Positions 1-8,811 of a DNA stretch of 55,896 bases are shown here, piece by piece. Source of the stretch: Solirubrobacterales bacterium (lineage in GTDB: Bacteria; Actinomycetota; Thermoleophilia; Solirubrobacterales; 70-9); contig DATNHC010000009.1 in assembly GCA_035605155.1 (NCBI GenBank), positions 1-55,896 on the forward strand. Reading direction: 5' to 3'. The position numbers were made by a program, and so were the translations under genes. Under the pieces are notes generated by a model, which had not been told where the DNA came from, ran no database searches, and saw nothing but the letters and a program-made list of their open reading frames with translations. Each line of letters begins with the position of its first letter. The stretch's first letter is position 1.

Positions 1-439
1 TTCCGTTCTCGGAGCCGACGATCGCGAGCTCCGTGGTGTCGGGGCCGTTTTTGCCGTTGCCGTTGCCCTTGCGACCGTTGGCGGGAGCCCCTTCCTCGAT
101 GTCGGAGATCAGCGCGGCCAGCGTGCCCGAGAGGGCGTCAACCTGGTGCGGGTTGAGCTCAGCGCCGTCGCGCAGCTTCGGCGGTTCGTCGGCGAGCAGC
201 CGCTCCAGCCCTAGCAGCAGCGAGAAGTCGCGGCGCCACTCGATCGAAGGCTCCTCCGCCCCGCCGTCGATCTCCGCCAGGGCCGCGTCGAGGGCCCGGC
301 GCCGTGCAGTGCCCGGGGCCAGCGCCTCGGGGCCCTCGCCGTCGAGCAGGAATGGCTCGCGGGCGAACTTCGCCGCCCGATCGATATCGGCGCTAGAGGG
401 AACTGCCGCCGCAGCGGCAACGTCGCTGGTCTTGGCCAT
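1..439 (-). CDS. Hypothetical protein, N-terminal part only (runs off the left edge); possibly the start of an SF2/ResIII-like helicase
   Basis: Absent from the ORF track because it has no stop in the window. ATG at 439..437, then an open frame to position 1 (MAKTSDVAAAAAVPSSADIDRAAKFAREPFLLDGEG...ELNPHQVDALSGTLAALISD...) with strong GC3 bias. The 'NPHQxxA' string resembles the first helicase motif. The listed ORFs 33..491(+) and 211..474(-) look like off-frame shadows. Confidence 0.45.
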   Translation of the reverse strand, partial: MAKTSDVAAAAAVPSSADIDRAAKFAREPFLLDGEGPEALAPGTARRRALDAALAEIDGGAEEPSIEWRRDFSLLLGLERLLADEPPKLRDGAELNPHQVDALSGTLAALISDIEEGAPANGRKGNGNGKNGPDTTELAIVGSENG

Positions 440-626
440 AAAGGCTTTCGGGGTTCCGTCCCCGCCGCAAGCAACGCACGTGGCGGGGTAACTAATCGAG
501 CGGCCGCGAGGTCTGGTTACGTCCCCCCGGCACTCTCAGCGGTTTGCTTCGCAGATTGCGAACCGAACGCCCTTTATTGTAATCATCTCGGAGCGAGATG
601 ACTGATTTTGATAGCCGCACCCGCGG

Positions 627-1208
627 ATGACACGTCAATCGCAAATCAGTTATCTCGTCTCATTGGCTCTTGTCTGTGCGGTCGTAGCTGGGTGTGGAGA
701 TGCCGAAAGCAGCGGCGGCCACCCCGATTACGAGAAGGCGCTGGCCGGCGCGCCTGCGCCTCTAGCTGCGCTGCACAAGCAGGCGAACGAGCTGTTGCCG
801 GGCGGCGCCGACGCCTACCGGCGACGCCTCGCGGCGCTCGAGAGCTACCCGATCGTGGTCAACGTCTGGGCCTCCTGGTGCGGTCCCTGTCGCTTCGAGT
901 TCCCCACCCTGCAGAAGCTCTCAGCGACCTACGGAAAACGGGTCGCCTTCCTCGGTGTCGACAAAGAAGACTCGGCCGACGCGGCGAAGACCTTTCTCGT
1001 CGAGGAGCCCGTTCCCTATCCCAGCTACAGCGACCCCGACGCGGAGATTGCCGAGCAGATCGGTGCCACACTCGGCCTGCCCGACACCGCTTTCTATGAC
1101 CGGCGGGGAAAGCTCTGCTACCTGAAGCAGGGGCCCTACACTGAGCACGCGGAGCTGGCCGCCGACGTCAAGCGCTTCGCCCTGCGCGAAGAGTGCGAGA
1201 GCGGATAA
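627..1208 (+). CDS. TlpA/ResA-like thiol-disulfide oxidoreductase lipoprotein (thioredoxin fold)
   Basis: Lipobox-like N-terminus (LALVCAVVAGCGD). Thioredoxin active site WASWCGPCRFEFP. Length is typical of the TlpA family. Confidence 0.85.
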   Translation: MTRQSQISYLVSLALVCAVVAGCGDAESSGGHPDYEKALAGAPAPLAALHKQANELLPGGADAYRRRLAALESYPIVVNVWASWCGPCRFEFPTLQKLSATYGKRVAFLGVDKEDSADAAKTFLVEEPVPYPSYSDPDAEIAEQIGATLGLPDTAFYDRRGKLCYLKQGPYTEHAELAADVKRFALREECESG

Positions 1209-1215
1209 TCAGCGC

Positions 1216-1689
1216 ATGGACTTCTTCCTCGTCCTCGCCCTGATCGGCGTCGCCCTCCTGCTTACCGAGCTGCTGCTGCCGACCGGCGGCGTGCTCGCCG
1301 TGCTCGGCGCCGCCGGGCTGGTCGCCGGCGGCGTCGTCGCCCTCACCTCTGACGCCAGCAACGCCGACTTCATCGGCCCAGCCCTGATCACGCTGGGCCT
1401 TGTCTCGGTGGTCACCTTCTTCGTCGTCGCCCGCAAGGTGCTCGCGGCGCATCGCGAACAGCCGGTACTTACAGGTCCGGAGGAGCTGATCGGGGCGCTC
1501 GCCGAGGCGCGCAGCGCACTCGACCCCGAGGGCCAGGTCTGGATCGAGGGCGCGCTCTGGCGGGCCCGAGTCGATGGGAACGGAGAGCCGGTCCGCCTGG
1601 GAGATAGAGTCCGCGTCGACGCGGTCGAGGGGCTGACGCTGGTCGTCCGTCCCGAGCCGTCACCCGGTCAAGAGGAGGGAGCAAGCTGA
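1216..1689 (+). CDS. NfeD-family membrane protein
   Basis: N-terminal hydrophobic helices plus a C-terminal OB-like segment ([14 protein letters not shown]...[18 protein letters not shown]). Sits directly upstream of the SPFH gene and overlaps it (TGATG at 1687..1691), which is the classic NfeD-stomatin pair. Confidence 0.8.
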   Translation: MDFFLVLALIGVALLLTELLLPTGGVLAVLGAAGLVAGGVVALTSDASNADFIGPALITLGLVSVVTFFVVARKVLAAHREQPVLTGPEELIGALAEARSALDPEGQVWIEGALWRARVDGNGEPVRLGDRVRVDAVEGLTLVVRPEPSPGQEEGAS

Positions 1690-2447
1690 TGGAAGTCGCG
1701 CTCGGAGTGCTGGTCGTCCTGGCGATCTTCGTCCTCATCGCGCTCGGCGCCGCGGTCAAGGTGCTGCGCGAGTACGAGCGCGGGGTGATCTTCCGCCTCG
1801 GCCGCCTGATCGCGCTGAAGGGCCCGGGCCTGATCCTGCTGATTCCCTTCATCGACCGCATGGTCAAGGTCGACCTGCGCACGGTGACGCTCAACATCCC
1901 GCCGCAGGAGGTGATCACCCGCGACAACGTCCCCTCGAGCGTCAACGCGGTCGCCTACTTCCGCGTCGTCGATGCCAATCGGGCAATCGTCGAGGTCGAG
2001 AACTACCTGCTGGCGACTTCGCAGATCGCCCAGACGGCGCTGCGCTCGGTGCTCGGCAAGGCCGAACTCGACCAGCTGCTCTCCGAGCGCGAGCGGCTCA
2101 ACGAAGAGCTGCAGAAGATCATCGACGAGTCGACCGAGCCCTGGGGCGTGAAGGTGACCGCGGTCGAGATCAAGGACGTCGAAATCCCCGAGCAGATGCA
2201 GCGGGCAATGGCCCGCCAGGCCGAGGCCGAGCGCGAGCGCCGCGCCAAGATCATCAACTCCGAGGGCGAGTACCAGGCGGCGCAGAAGCTCACCGACGCG
2301 GCCGACATCATCAGCACCAACCCGGCGGGCCTGCAGCTGCGCTATCTGCAGACGCTGCTCGAGATCGGCAGCAACCAGAACACGACGGTCGTCTTCCCGC
2401 TGCCGATGGACGTGCTCGAGCCGTTCCTCAAAAAACGCGACGCTTGA
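1689..2447 (+). CDS. SPFH / band-7 (stomatin-like) protein
   Basis: N-terminal TM helix, then [12 protein letters not shown]...[18 protein letters not shown]...[17 protein letters not shown], which is typical of prokaryotic stomatins. Confidence 0.9.
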   Translation: MEVALGVLVVLAIFVLIALGAAVKVLREYERGVIFRLGRLIALKGPGLILLIPFIDRMVKVDLRTVTLNIPPQEVITRDNVPSSVNAVAYFRVVDANRAIVEVENYLLATSQIAQTALRSVLGKAELDQLLSERERLNEELQKIIDESTEPWGVKVTAVEIKDVEIPEQMQRAMARQAEAERERRAKIINSEGEYQAAQKLTDAADIISTNPAGLQLRYLQTLLEIGSNQNTTVVFPLPMDVLEPFLKKRDA

Positions 2448-3559
2448 CCGAGCTGCGCATCGACCAGCTCACCGGGCTGCCGACGATCCTGGCGCCGGGG
2501 CGGGCGGATCGTCCCGACAGCTTCGAGCTGCCGAAGAGCGAGCCGAAGGGATCCGGCAACTGCCCCTTCTGCGAGGGGCGCGAGGAGCGCACCCCACCAG
2601 AGGTCTTCGCGACTCGGCCCGGCGGCGGCGCGGCGGACACCCCCGGCTGGACGACGCGCGTCGTGCCGAACCTCTACCCCGCACTGACGCAGGAGGAGGA
2701 CGGCAAAGGCGCGGACACAGGCGACCGCCTCCGCGCGACGGCGCCCGCAGGCGCGACCAGCGGCGAGGCGGGCGCCTTCGCCAGCGGCGGCGATCCGCTG
2801 CTCGCCTCGCGCCGCTCCGGCGAACCTGACCTCTTCGCCTCGCGCCCGGCCCGCGGCGTCCACGAGGTGATCGTCAACTCGCCGGCCCATGCCACCACGA
2901 TGGCCGAGCTCGATGAGGCGCAGCTCGCCGCTGCCGTGGCGACCTGGCGGGCGCGGATGCGCGCCCACGCCGAGGCCGCCTACGTGCAGCTGATCGTCAA
3001 CGAGGGCGGCGGGGCCGGGGCGTCGCTCGAGCACTCGCACGCGCAGCTCTACGCGCTCGACTTCGTCCCGGCGGCCGTCGCACGCGAGCGCGAGCGGGTT
3101 GGGGCTTACGCCGAACGGACTGCGGGAGGTGGGCTGCTGGCTGACATCCTGGTCGAGGAGGTCCGTCGCCGCGAGCGTCTGGTCGCGATCGACGCGGAAG
3201 CGGCGCTGATCTGCCCCTGGGCCTCGCGCTCGCCGTTCGAGCTGCGGGTCGTGCCGCGGCACGCTGCAGCGAGCTTCGCCGAGAGTGAGGCCGGCACGGC
3301 GATGATCCGCACCGCCCTGCGCCTGCTCGCGACGCGCTTCGACGGCTCGCCCGAGCTGAACCTCTGGGTGCGTACCGCCCCTCGCGGCGCCGACCACTTC
3401 CACTGGCACGTCGACATCGCCCCCCGGCTCAGCGTCAAGGCGTCCTTTGAGTTCGCGACGGGGGTCGACATCAACACCTACCCACCCGAGCGCGCGGCGG
3501 CAGATCTGCGCGAGAGCCTCAGCGACGCGGACGTTTCCGTTTCTTCTTCACGCACCTGA
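2444..3559 (+). CDS. galT: Galactose-1-phosphate uridylyltransferase-like HIT-family nucleotidyltransferase
   Basis: Zinc/Cys motif [14 protein letters not shown]. Active-site-like HSHAQLYAL and [14 protein letters not shown] start overlaps the SPFH stop. The 3' end overlaps the convergent gene 3519..5600 by 41 nt. Confidence 0.75.
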   Translation: MTELRIDQLTGLPTILAPGRADRPDSFELPKSEPKGSGNCPFCEGREERTPPEVFATRPGGGAADTPGWTTRVVPNLYPALTQEEDGKGADTGDRLRATAPAGATSGEAGAFASGGDPLLASRRSGEPDLFASRPARGVHEVIVNSPAHATTMAELDEAQLAAAVATWRARMRAHAEAAYVQLIVNEGGGAGASLEHSHAQLYALDFVPAAVARERERVGAYAERTAGGGLLADILVEEVRRRERLVAIDAEAALICPWASRSPFELRVVPRHAAASFAESEAGTAMIRTALRLLATRFDGSPELNLWVRTAPRGADHFHWHVDIAPRLSVKASFEFATGVDINTYPPERAAADLRESLSDADVSVSSSRT

Positions 3560-5600
3560 GCTTGCCCCGCACCTTCGCCTTGCGGAAGCCTTTCCTGCAT
3601 TTGAGCGGCTTGGGGGGTGTCACGACGGGGGGTGGTGGTAGAGAGGCCGGCGGCGTCGGCGTCGGGACTGCGGTGGGCGGCGGCGAGAGAGTCGTGAAGG
3701 AGAGGTCCGTGCCTTTTGCGGTTCCGCCGAGATTGCTGCCGACAAGCCGGTAATGGTAGGTCGACGCTGGCGACAGGCCGGTGAGGTCCGCCTGCTCGGC
3801 CACCGGCGCATCGCCGTCGCCCGGATCGGTCGAGCACGGCACCGTGCTGCCGTAAGAGGTGGTTGGGCCGTACTCGAAATTGCAACTCGACGGGGCGCCG
3901 TTTGGATCGACCATGCCCATGATCGTGGCGCCGGTCTGCGTGATTCCGACAGCCGGCTCGGTGGTCACCGTGGGCGGCGGCGGCAGGGTGGTGAATTCCT
4001 GGTCGCTGCCGAACACGGTCCCGGCATTGCTCGTCACCACCAGGCGATAGTGATAGGTCGTCTCAGGCAACCGGTTGGTAACCCTCCCAGTCAGAGGCAC
4101 ATCACTGGTGATTGGTCCGACGCTCTGTTTACAGGAGACGCTGCCCGAATAAGAGACGCTCAGCCCATACTCGAAGTGGCAATCGGTCACCGTGCCGCCG
4201 TGAGGGTTCACCTTGCCGTTGAAGGTTGCGGCGGTTTGCGTCACGCTGGTGGCGGCTTCGGTGGTAACGCTCGCAGGAGCGCTGGGAAGGGTCGTGAAAG
4301 TTTGGCTACCACCCGTAACCGAGCCCGCATTGTTAGCTGCAACCACCCGGTAGTGATACGTGGTGCTCGGTTGGAGCGCGGGCAGCGTGGCGTCGACCGG
4401 GACCGAGACCGACCCTCCAGGCAATGACGTACATGGCTCATCGGTCGCATTCGCGTATCCGTTTGCTTCGAAATCGGCATGGTCGGTGTACTCGAAATGG
4501 CAATCGATCAGCGCGTGGAAGCGAGGATTTGCCGTTGCGTTGAGCTTGGCTGTAATCTGACCGACGTTGGATGCAGCATTTGTTACGACGGTCGGCGGGT
4601 TGATGGTCACTCGTTCAAAGACGCGCAAAGTGTTCGTGCTCGGATCGGTGACGTACACCTTTCGCGTGGTCGCGTTTACCGCAATCTGGCCGGCGCTGGG
4701 AATCCCGTAGGGCGGGGCGCCAAAGATTCCTGCGCCGAAGTCGTCGAACTGCTGCCCGCTGGAGTCGTAAGCCACAACATGGAAGCCTTGCCCTTCGGGA
4801 AGGCTGCCGACGAAAACCGAGTCGTCCGCGGGATCGACCCCGACGGCGGCGACGTCGCCGCCGTCCTGAATGATCGAGTCGAGCGAATAGACGCCACCAG
4901 AGACGGCGAACTTCATCACTCGATCAAGTCCGAGATCCACGACATAGAGGTCGTTCGAGGAATCGACCGCCACACTCACTGGAGTCTGGAACGACCCCCC
5001 GGGACAAGTTGGACACGTAACGGTTGCCTGAAGAGACCCGCTGGCGTTGAAGACTTCGACTGCGTTGTTCGCGTCGCTTGGAAAGAACACCCTTCCGCTC
5101 GAGTCGGTCGCAATTTGCGTGCCGACTGCCGGCGGGTTGTTGACGGCAAACTCGGTTCCAAGCGTGCCGGATGGCGAGAAGACGGTGATCTTCGAGCTGC
5201 CGAGATTCCCGAATGGCGTCGAGAGAATGAGCTGGGATACGTAGATGTCGTGAGTGACGGGGTTGACGGCGACGCCAGAGAAGAAAGTTTCCCCGCCCAC
5301 TTGGAAGGGAGAGGCAGACGTCGGCGTGCCCGTGCTTTCGAGCTGCTCGACCTGTCCGGGCTGCTGAGCGCTCGAGCTCGCCGACACCTCGGTGACATAG
5401 ATCTGCTGACTCGACTGGTCGATCGCGACGCCATGGGGAAGCTCGCCGTTGAGAGGGATGACGGGGTTCGAGCTTGCTGGCTCATAGCCGAGGGCTGCCC
5501 GAGCGGGATCGGCCAACGCCGCCAGCGATCCCAGGATCACCGCAGCCACAGCGAGGACCAGGCGAGCCCAGCCGGCGTCCATGTTCAATTGCGCGCGCAC
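3519..5600 (-). CDS. Secreted NHL-repeat beta-propeller protein with three FN3/Ig-like repeats, a Pro-rich linker and a C-x14-C-V polybasic tail
   Basis: Signal peptide (LVLAVAAVILGSLAALADPARA). NHL-like blades (IYVTEV, DIYVSQ, DLYVVDLGLDRVMKF, KVYVTDPSTNTLRVFE). Three ~95-aa repeats each ending TTYHYR[LV]V...FTT. Tail: [32 protein letters not shown]. Confidence 0.85.
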   Translation of the reverse strand: MRAQLNMDAGWARLVLAVAAVILGSLAALADPARAALGYEPASSNPVIPLNGELPHGVAIDQSSQQIYVTEVSASSSAQQPGQVEQLESTGTPTSASPFQVGGETFFSGVAVNPVTHDIYVSQLILSTPFGNLGSSKITVFSPSGTLGTEFAVNNPPAVGTQIATDSSGRVFFPSDANNAVEVFNASGSLQATVTCPTCPGGSFQTPVSVAVDSSNDLYVVDLGLDRVMKFAVSGGVYSLDSIIQDGGDVAAVGVDPADDSVFVGSLPEGQGFHVVAYDSSGQQFDDFGAGIFGAPPYGIPSAGQIAVNATTRKVYVTDPSTNTLRVFERVTINPPTVVTNAASNVGQITAKLNATANPRFHALIDCHFEYTDHADFEANGYANATDEPCTSLPGGSVSVPVDATLPALQPSTTYHYRVVAANNAGSVTGGSQTFTTLPSAPASVTTEAATSVTQTAATFNGKVNPHGGTVTDCHFEYGLSVSYSGSVSCKQSVGPITSDVPLTGRVTNRLPETTYHYRLVVTSNAGTVFGSDQEFTTLPPPPTVTTEPAVGITQTGATIMGMVDPNGAPSSCNFEYGPTTSYGSTVPCSTDPGDGDAPVAEQADLTGLSPASTYHYRLVGSNLGGTAKGTDLSFTTLSPPPTAVPTPTPPASLPPPPVVTPPKPLKCRKGFRKAKVRGKLRCVKKKRKRPRR

Positions 5601-5733
5601 GTCCGTCCCCCTTGCACTGCGATTCGCCTCCCGACTGCAAAACCGACGTGTGTATGGTCATAGTAGCGGCGCCGTTTGCTCAGATTTCCCAGTTGGACAA
5701 GAGTTAACACTCGGCTGGATAGGCTGGCGGTCT

Positions 5734-6360
5734 ATGCCTCCAAACCCGCGGCCGATTCCACGCTTCGTCGCCGACAGCACGCAAGAGGGGATCCCGCACG
5801 GCCGCTTCGCCGAGCGCCTGGGTGAGTGCTTTCGCGACGCATGTGGCGGGGTCGCCGGCCTGCCCGAGGGAACAGAGGCGCCAGAGGAGCTGGAGTGGTT
5901 CCCAGAGCGCGCGTGGGGCGGTCGGATCTGGGTTCCGTGCACCGCCAGGGTCCCCGGCCCAGACGGCCAGCTCGAGCTCTTCGGCCAGGTCTCCTATGTA
6001 CAGCCCGAGGGTCGCGACCCATCGAACTTCAAGGCAACAGCCGACTTCACCGACGTGCTCGCGGAGCACAACCCCGACTGGCGCATTGACCTCAACGACG
6101 AGGTGATCGGCCGCTGGCGCGGCGAGAACGGCCGCGCCGGCGCGGTGACGCTCGTCTGGGGTCGCCCCCTCGTGCAGGGCGCGGTGGCCGCAACGGCAGA
6201 GCTGGAGCTCGAGACGGTCGACCAGGAGTTCGTCTCCAACGGCCGCTTCACCCTGATCGCCCTGGACGCGCTGGAGGGCTATGGAGACGAGATCTTCATG
6301 CAGGTCAAGCTTTGGAGCCGCCGAGCTCAGGAGCTTGCCTGCGAGAGCCTCTACACGTAG
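5734..6360 (+). CDS. Hypothetical protein
   Basis: Internal ATG at 5734 of track ORF 5581..6360 (MPPNPRPIPRFVADSTQEG...). Composition looks like a real protein and GC3 bias is present. The competing 321-aa minus ORF is Arg-rich shadow. No recognisable domain. Confidence 0.5.
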   Translation: MPPNPRPIPRFVADSTQEGIPHGRFAERLGECFRDACGGVAGLPEGTEAPEELEWFPERAWGGRIWVPCTARVPGPDGQLELFGQVSYVQPEGRDPSNFKATADFTDVLAEHNPDWRIDLNDEVIGRWRGENGRAGAVTLVWGRPLVQGAVAATAELELETVDQEFVSNGRFTLIALDALEGYGDEIFMQVKLWSRRAQELACESLYT

Positions 6361-6501
6361 CCAGTCTGCTGACCCGTGCCCACACCGTCGCTGCAAGCGC
6401 CCTCGTAGCTGAGAACCGGTAGCGGCGACGATCCGCCCCTCTGTATTCGACGTCTCGATTGAGGCATGTGCCTGCGCTTGGCCTCTACGATGAGCTGTCC
6501 A

Positions 6502-6541
<40 letters not shown>

Positions 6542-6712
6542 CGAGTTGGAGGAGTGCGTGTTGTCGGCTCTGCAGCGCGGTTGATGCGGAGCCACATAGG
6601 ACATGCGGATTCGCGTCGATTGCGGCGGTTCCATCCTGATTTGGGCAGCGAGATCTCCCCCCTGCCCAATTAGCGCCGACGACAAAAAGATTCCGCCGGA
6701 AACGGCATTAAC

Positions 6713-7189
6713 GTGGATATGATGGCAGGGGAGTTCGAGAAACTGGCCTATGAGGCCGCGCTTCGCGGCCTCGACAAGCAGGAGGGCCTGCTCGAAGAGC
6801 TGCGATCCCGAACTGGTGTGCTCTTGGCCGCTTCTTCACTTGCCGCCTCTTTTCTCGGACAACAGGCGTTTCAGAATCCAAGTCCTCGAGGGCTTGCGAT
6901 CGCCGCCCTGGTTGCGTTCGTGGTCTCGATCGCCGCGAGCGTCTTCATCCTGCTGCCGAAGAAGAACCTGATCTTCGCCGAGGCCGGTGCCGGCCTGTAC
7001 GAGGGCCTCTATGCATTTCGCGACGACATGCCCGAGGTCTATCGTCGCCTCGCCTACGACCTTGACCTGTTCTGGGATTCCAACGACACGAAGATCAAGT
7101 GGCTAACCCGCGCCTACACTGTCGCCGCAACGGCCCTCGTGGTTGAGATTCTTTCCTTGGCTGCCCTACTGGGCGATAACATCTTCTAG
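6713..7189 (+). CDS. Small three-TM membrane protein of unknown function, lying in a lower-GC insert
   Basis: Soluble helical N-terminus (EFEKLAYEAALRGLDKQEGLLEELRSR). Two adjacent TM helices (VLLAASSLAASFLG; LAIAALVAFVVSIAASVFILL). A loop with DMPEVYRRLAYDLDLFWDSNDTKIKW, then a third TM. GC is visibly lower than the flanks. Start could be 6713 (GTG), 6719 or 6722. Confidence 0.65.
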   Translation: MDMMAGEFEKLAYEAALRGLDKQEGLLEELRSRTGVLLAASSLAASFLGQQAFQNPSPRGLAIAALVAFVVSIAASVFILLPKKNLIFAEAGAGLYEGLYAFRDDMPEVYRRLAYDLDLFWDSNDTKIKWLTRAYTVAATALVVEILSLAALLGDNIF

Positions 7190-7363
7190 CAATGGCAGAG
7201 GCACCTAAGCCCCAAACTGGAAGCGGCGGAACCCCCCCGCCCCCCCCTCCGCCTACTCCGGGTCTCGGTCGCCCCGAGACTCGCGGCGGCTGATCCCGGT
7301 CCGGTTAGCGCTGCCCCGAGCCCTCCCATCCCCCATCTCAGGCCTCTACGATCTGTCCTTCCG

Positions 7364-7437
<74 letters not shown>

Positions 7438-7448
7438 TCGTGTGATGG

Positions 7449-7475
7449 GCGCGACATCGGAGATAGATGTCGCGC
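7449..7475. terminator. 10-bp GC-rich hairpin between tRNA-Arg and the 3' end of the convergent operon; possible bidirectional terminator without a U-tract
   Basis: GCGCGACATC-ggagata-GATGTCGCGC is a perfect stem. No T-run on either side, so terminator function is uncertain. Confidence 0.35.
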
Positions 7476-7543
7476 GTCATCGTAGACACCTCAGCTCCCT
7501 CCGATCGGCTGGTAGTCCCAACTGAAGCCAACCGAGCGGGCCG

Positions 7544-8023
7544 CTAAGGAGCAAGCTCCCGCTTCAACCCCTGGGCCAGCGCGTAGACACAGCCACGGTA
7601 GCGCTCGATCGCCAGCGGCCCTGCGAACGTCCCCTGGTAGACCAGGGCGGCGAGCTGGCCGGCGGGGAAGTTGGCGCTCGGCTGTCTTTCGTGGCGGGCG
7701 ATCCCGGCAACCGCCTGGCGCTGCTCGGCGCTCAGCTCGCTCTCAGAGATATAGCGGCGGGCTACCTCGAGCGGGGTCTTGCCGGCGCAGTCGGCTTGCC
7801 CGGCGGCGATCGCCCCCGCGGAGCCGGGAATCGCGGTGTTGGGCGCAGGCGCGGGGAAGTTGCGGTAAAGCTCGCGCAAGACAGGCGAGGCGCCCTTTGG
7901 CGGCTTTGGCCCGCGGATCGGCGGGAAGGGGTCCCTGGCGGTGCTCTGGGTGTCCTCCTGCTCCCCGCAACCGGCGATCGCGAGCGCCAAGAGGGCGCAG
8001 AGGGCTGCGCAGCGGCGCCTCAT
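7544..8023 (-). CDS. Hypothetical lipoprotein (last gene of the large secreted-protein operon)
   Basis: Lipobox LLALAIAGCGE. The ATG overlaps the upstream stop as ATGA (8020..8023). No recognisable domain. Confidence 0.7.
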   Translation of the reverse strand: MRRRCAALCALLALAIAGCGEQEDTQSTARDPFPPIRGPKPPKGASPVLRELYRNFPAPAPNTAIPGSAGAIAAGQADCAGKTPLEVARRYISESELSAEQRQAVAGIARHERQPSANFPAGQLAALVYQGTFAGPLAIERYRGCVYALAQGLKRELAP

Positions 8024-8811
8024 CGCTTCGGCGTGCAGCTCCTTTGCACGTTGCCTGAGAGCCGCGTGCCGTCGGCGAAGAGGAAATCGCCGTGGGCATA
8101 GAGGTGGCCGGTGGGACAGCTCGCCAAGAGCAAGCTGCGCTTTTGGCCTTTATAGGTCCAGGTTTTTTTGATCCTCGCCCTGAAGGAGATCAAAGAGCCC
8201 TGGCCGCCGACGATCGTCGGGATCTTGACTTTAGTCTGGGTGCCGTATTTGCCCGCTGTGCGCTCGATCACCGCGCTGGTCACGAAGACCGTCGGGGCGG
8301 GGACGTAGGCATAGACGTGCATGATCAAGACCGGCTTGCCCGCCTTGGGGGCGCCGTTGAAGATCAAGAGCCTGCCGCCGGCTTTGAAGGGCGCCTGTTC
8401 GGGCAGGGCGATCTCCGCTTCGGCGCGCCCTGTGCCGATGAGGGCATCCCCGCAGACCCTTTCGGCCTCTGAGGTGAGCCTGCTCTGCAGCTTGGCGACC
8501 GTGCATCTCGCAAGGCCCTCGGTGTAGAGGTGGCCGTGGCGGTCGAATTTCAAGTGCAGGGTCGAGAGCGCCGGCACGTGGGAGCCGTCGGCGGTGCCGA
8601 TCGAGCCCGCCACCCGCAGGGCGATCGGCGCCGGCGCCTTGGCGGGCAGCGCCGTGGGGCTGATCGAGCCGTCGATCTCGATGATCAGGTTGCCGCTCCT
8701 CACGGTCTGCCCGAGCGCCGTGGCGGCGAGCGCGCCCAAGGCGAAGAGCGCCGCCAGCGCCAGGCGCGCACGGCGCGAGCGTGCCGGGCTCACTTGCCCC
8801 GCACCTTGCAC
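8020..8811 (-). CDS. Secreted single-module protein (paralog family with 8790..9590 and 46133..46897)
   Basis: Signal peptide (RLALAALFALGALAATALG). Shares GNL[IV]...C-x(n)-C-x(3)-IG-x-G...LL-x-FNG...C-terminal ..SC..K[RG] with the two paralogs. The track start (GTG 8811) overlaps the upstream gene by 22 nt. An in-frame GTG at 8793 would give a GTGA overlap instead. Confidence 0.8.
   Translation of the reverse strand: MQGAGQVSPARSRRARLALAALFALGALAATALGQTVRSGNLIIEIDGSISPTALPAKAPAPIALRVAGSIGTADGSHVPALSTLHLKFDRHGHLYTEGLARCTVAKLQSRLTSEAERVCGDALIGTGRAEAEIALPEQAPFKAGGRLLIFNGAPKAGKPVLIMHVYAYVPAPTVFVTSAVIERTAGKYGTQTKVKIPTIVGGQGSLISFRARIKKTWTYKGQKRSLLLASCPTGHLYAHGDFLFADGTRLSGNVQRSCTPKR

Noticed and set aside
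2342-3409. 355-aa minus-strand ORF
   Set aside because: It is antisense to the well-supported GalT-like gene, has Arg-rich low-complexity translation and no motifs.
7192-7293. 33-codon Pro-rich ORF (MAEAPKPQTGSGGTPPPPPPPTPGLGRPETRGG) starting 3 nt after the three-TM gene, containing C7 and C8 homopolymer runs (~7232-7250) that could slip
   Set aside because: It has no convincing RBS, is extremely low complexity and overlaps a GTCTCGG/CCGAGAC hairpin that looks more like a transcript end. The poly-C runs are recorded as a possible phase-variable tract, but I cannot support any function.
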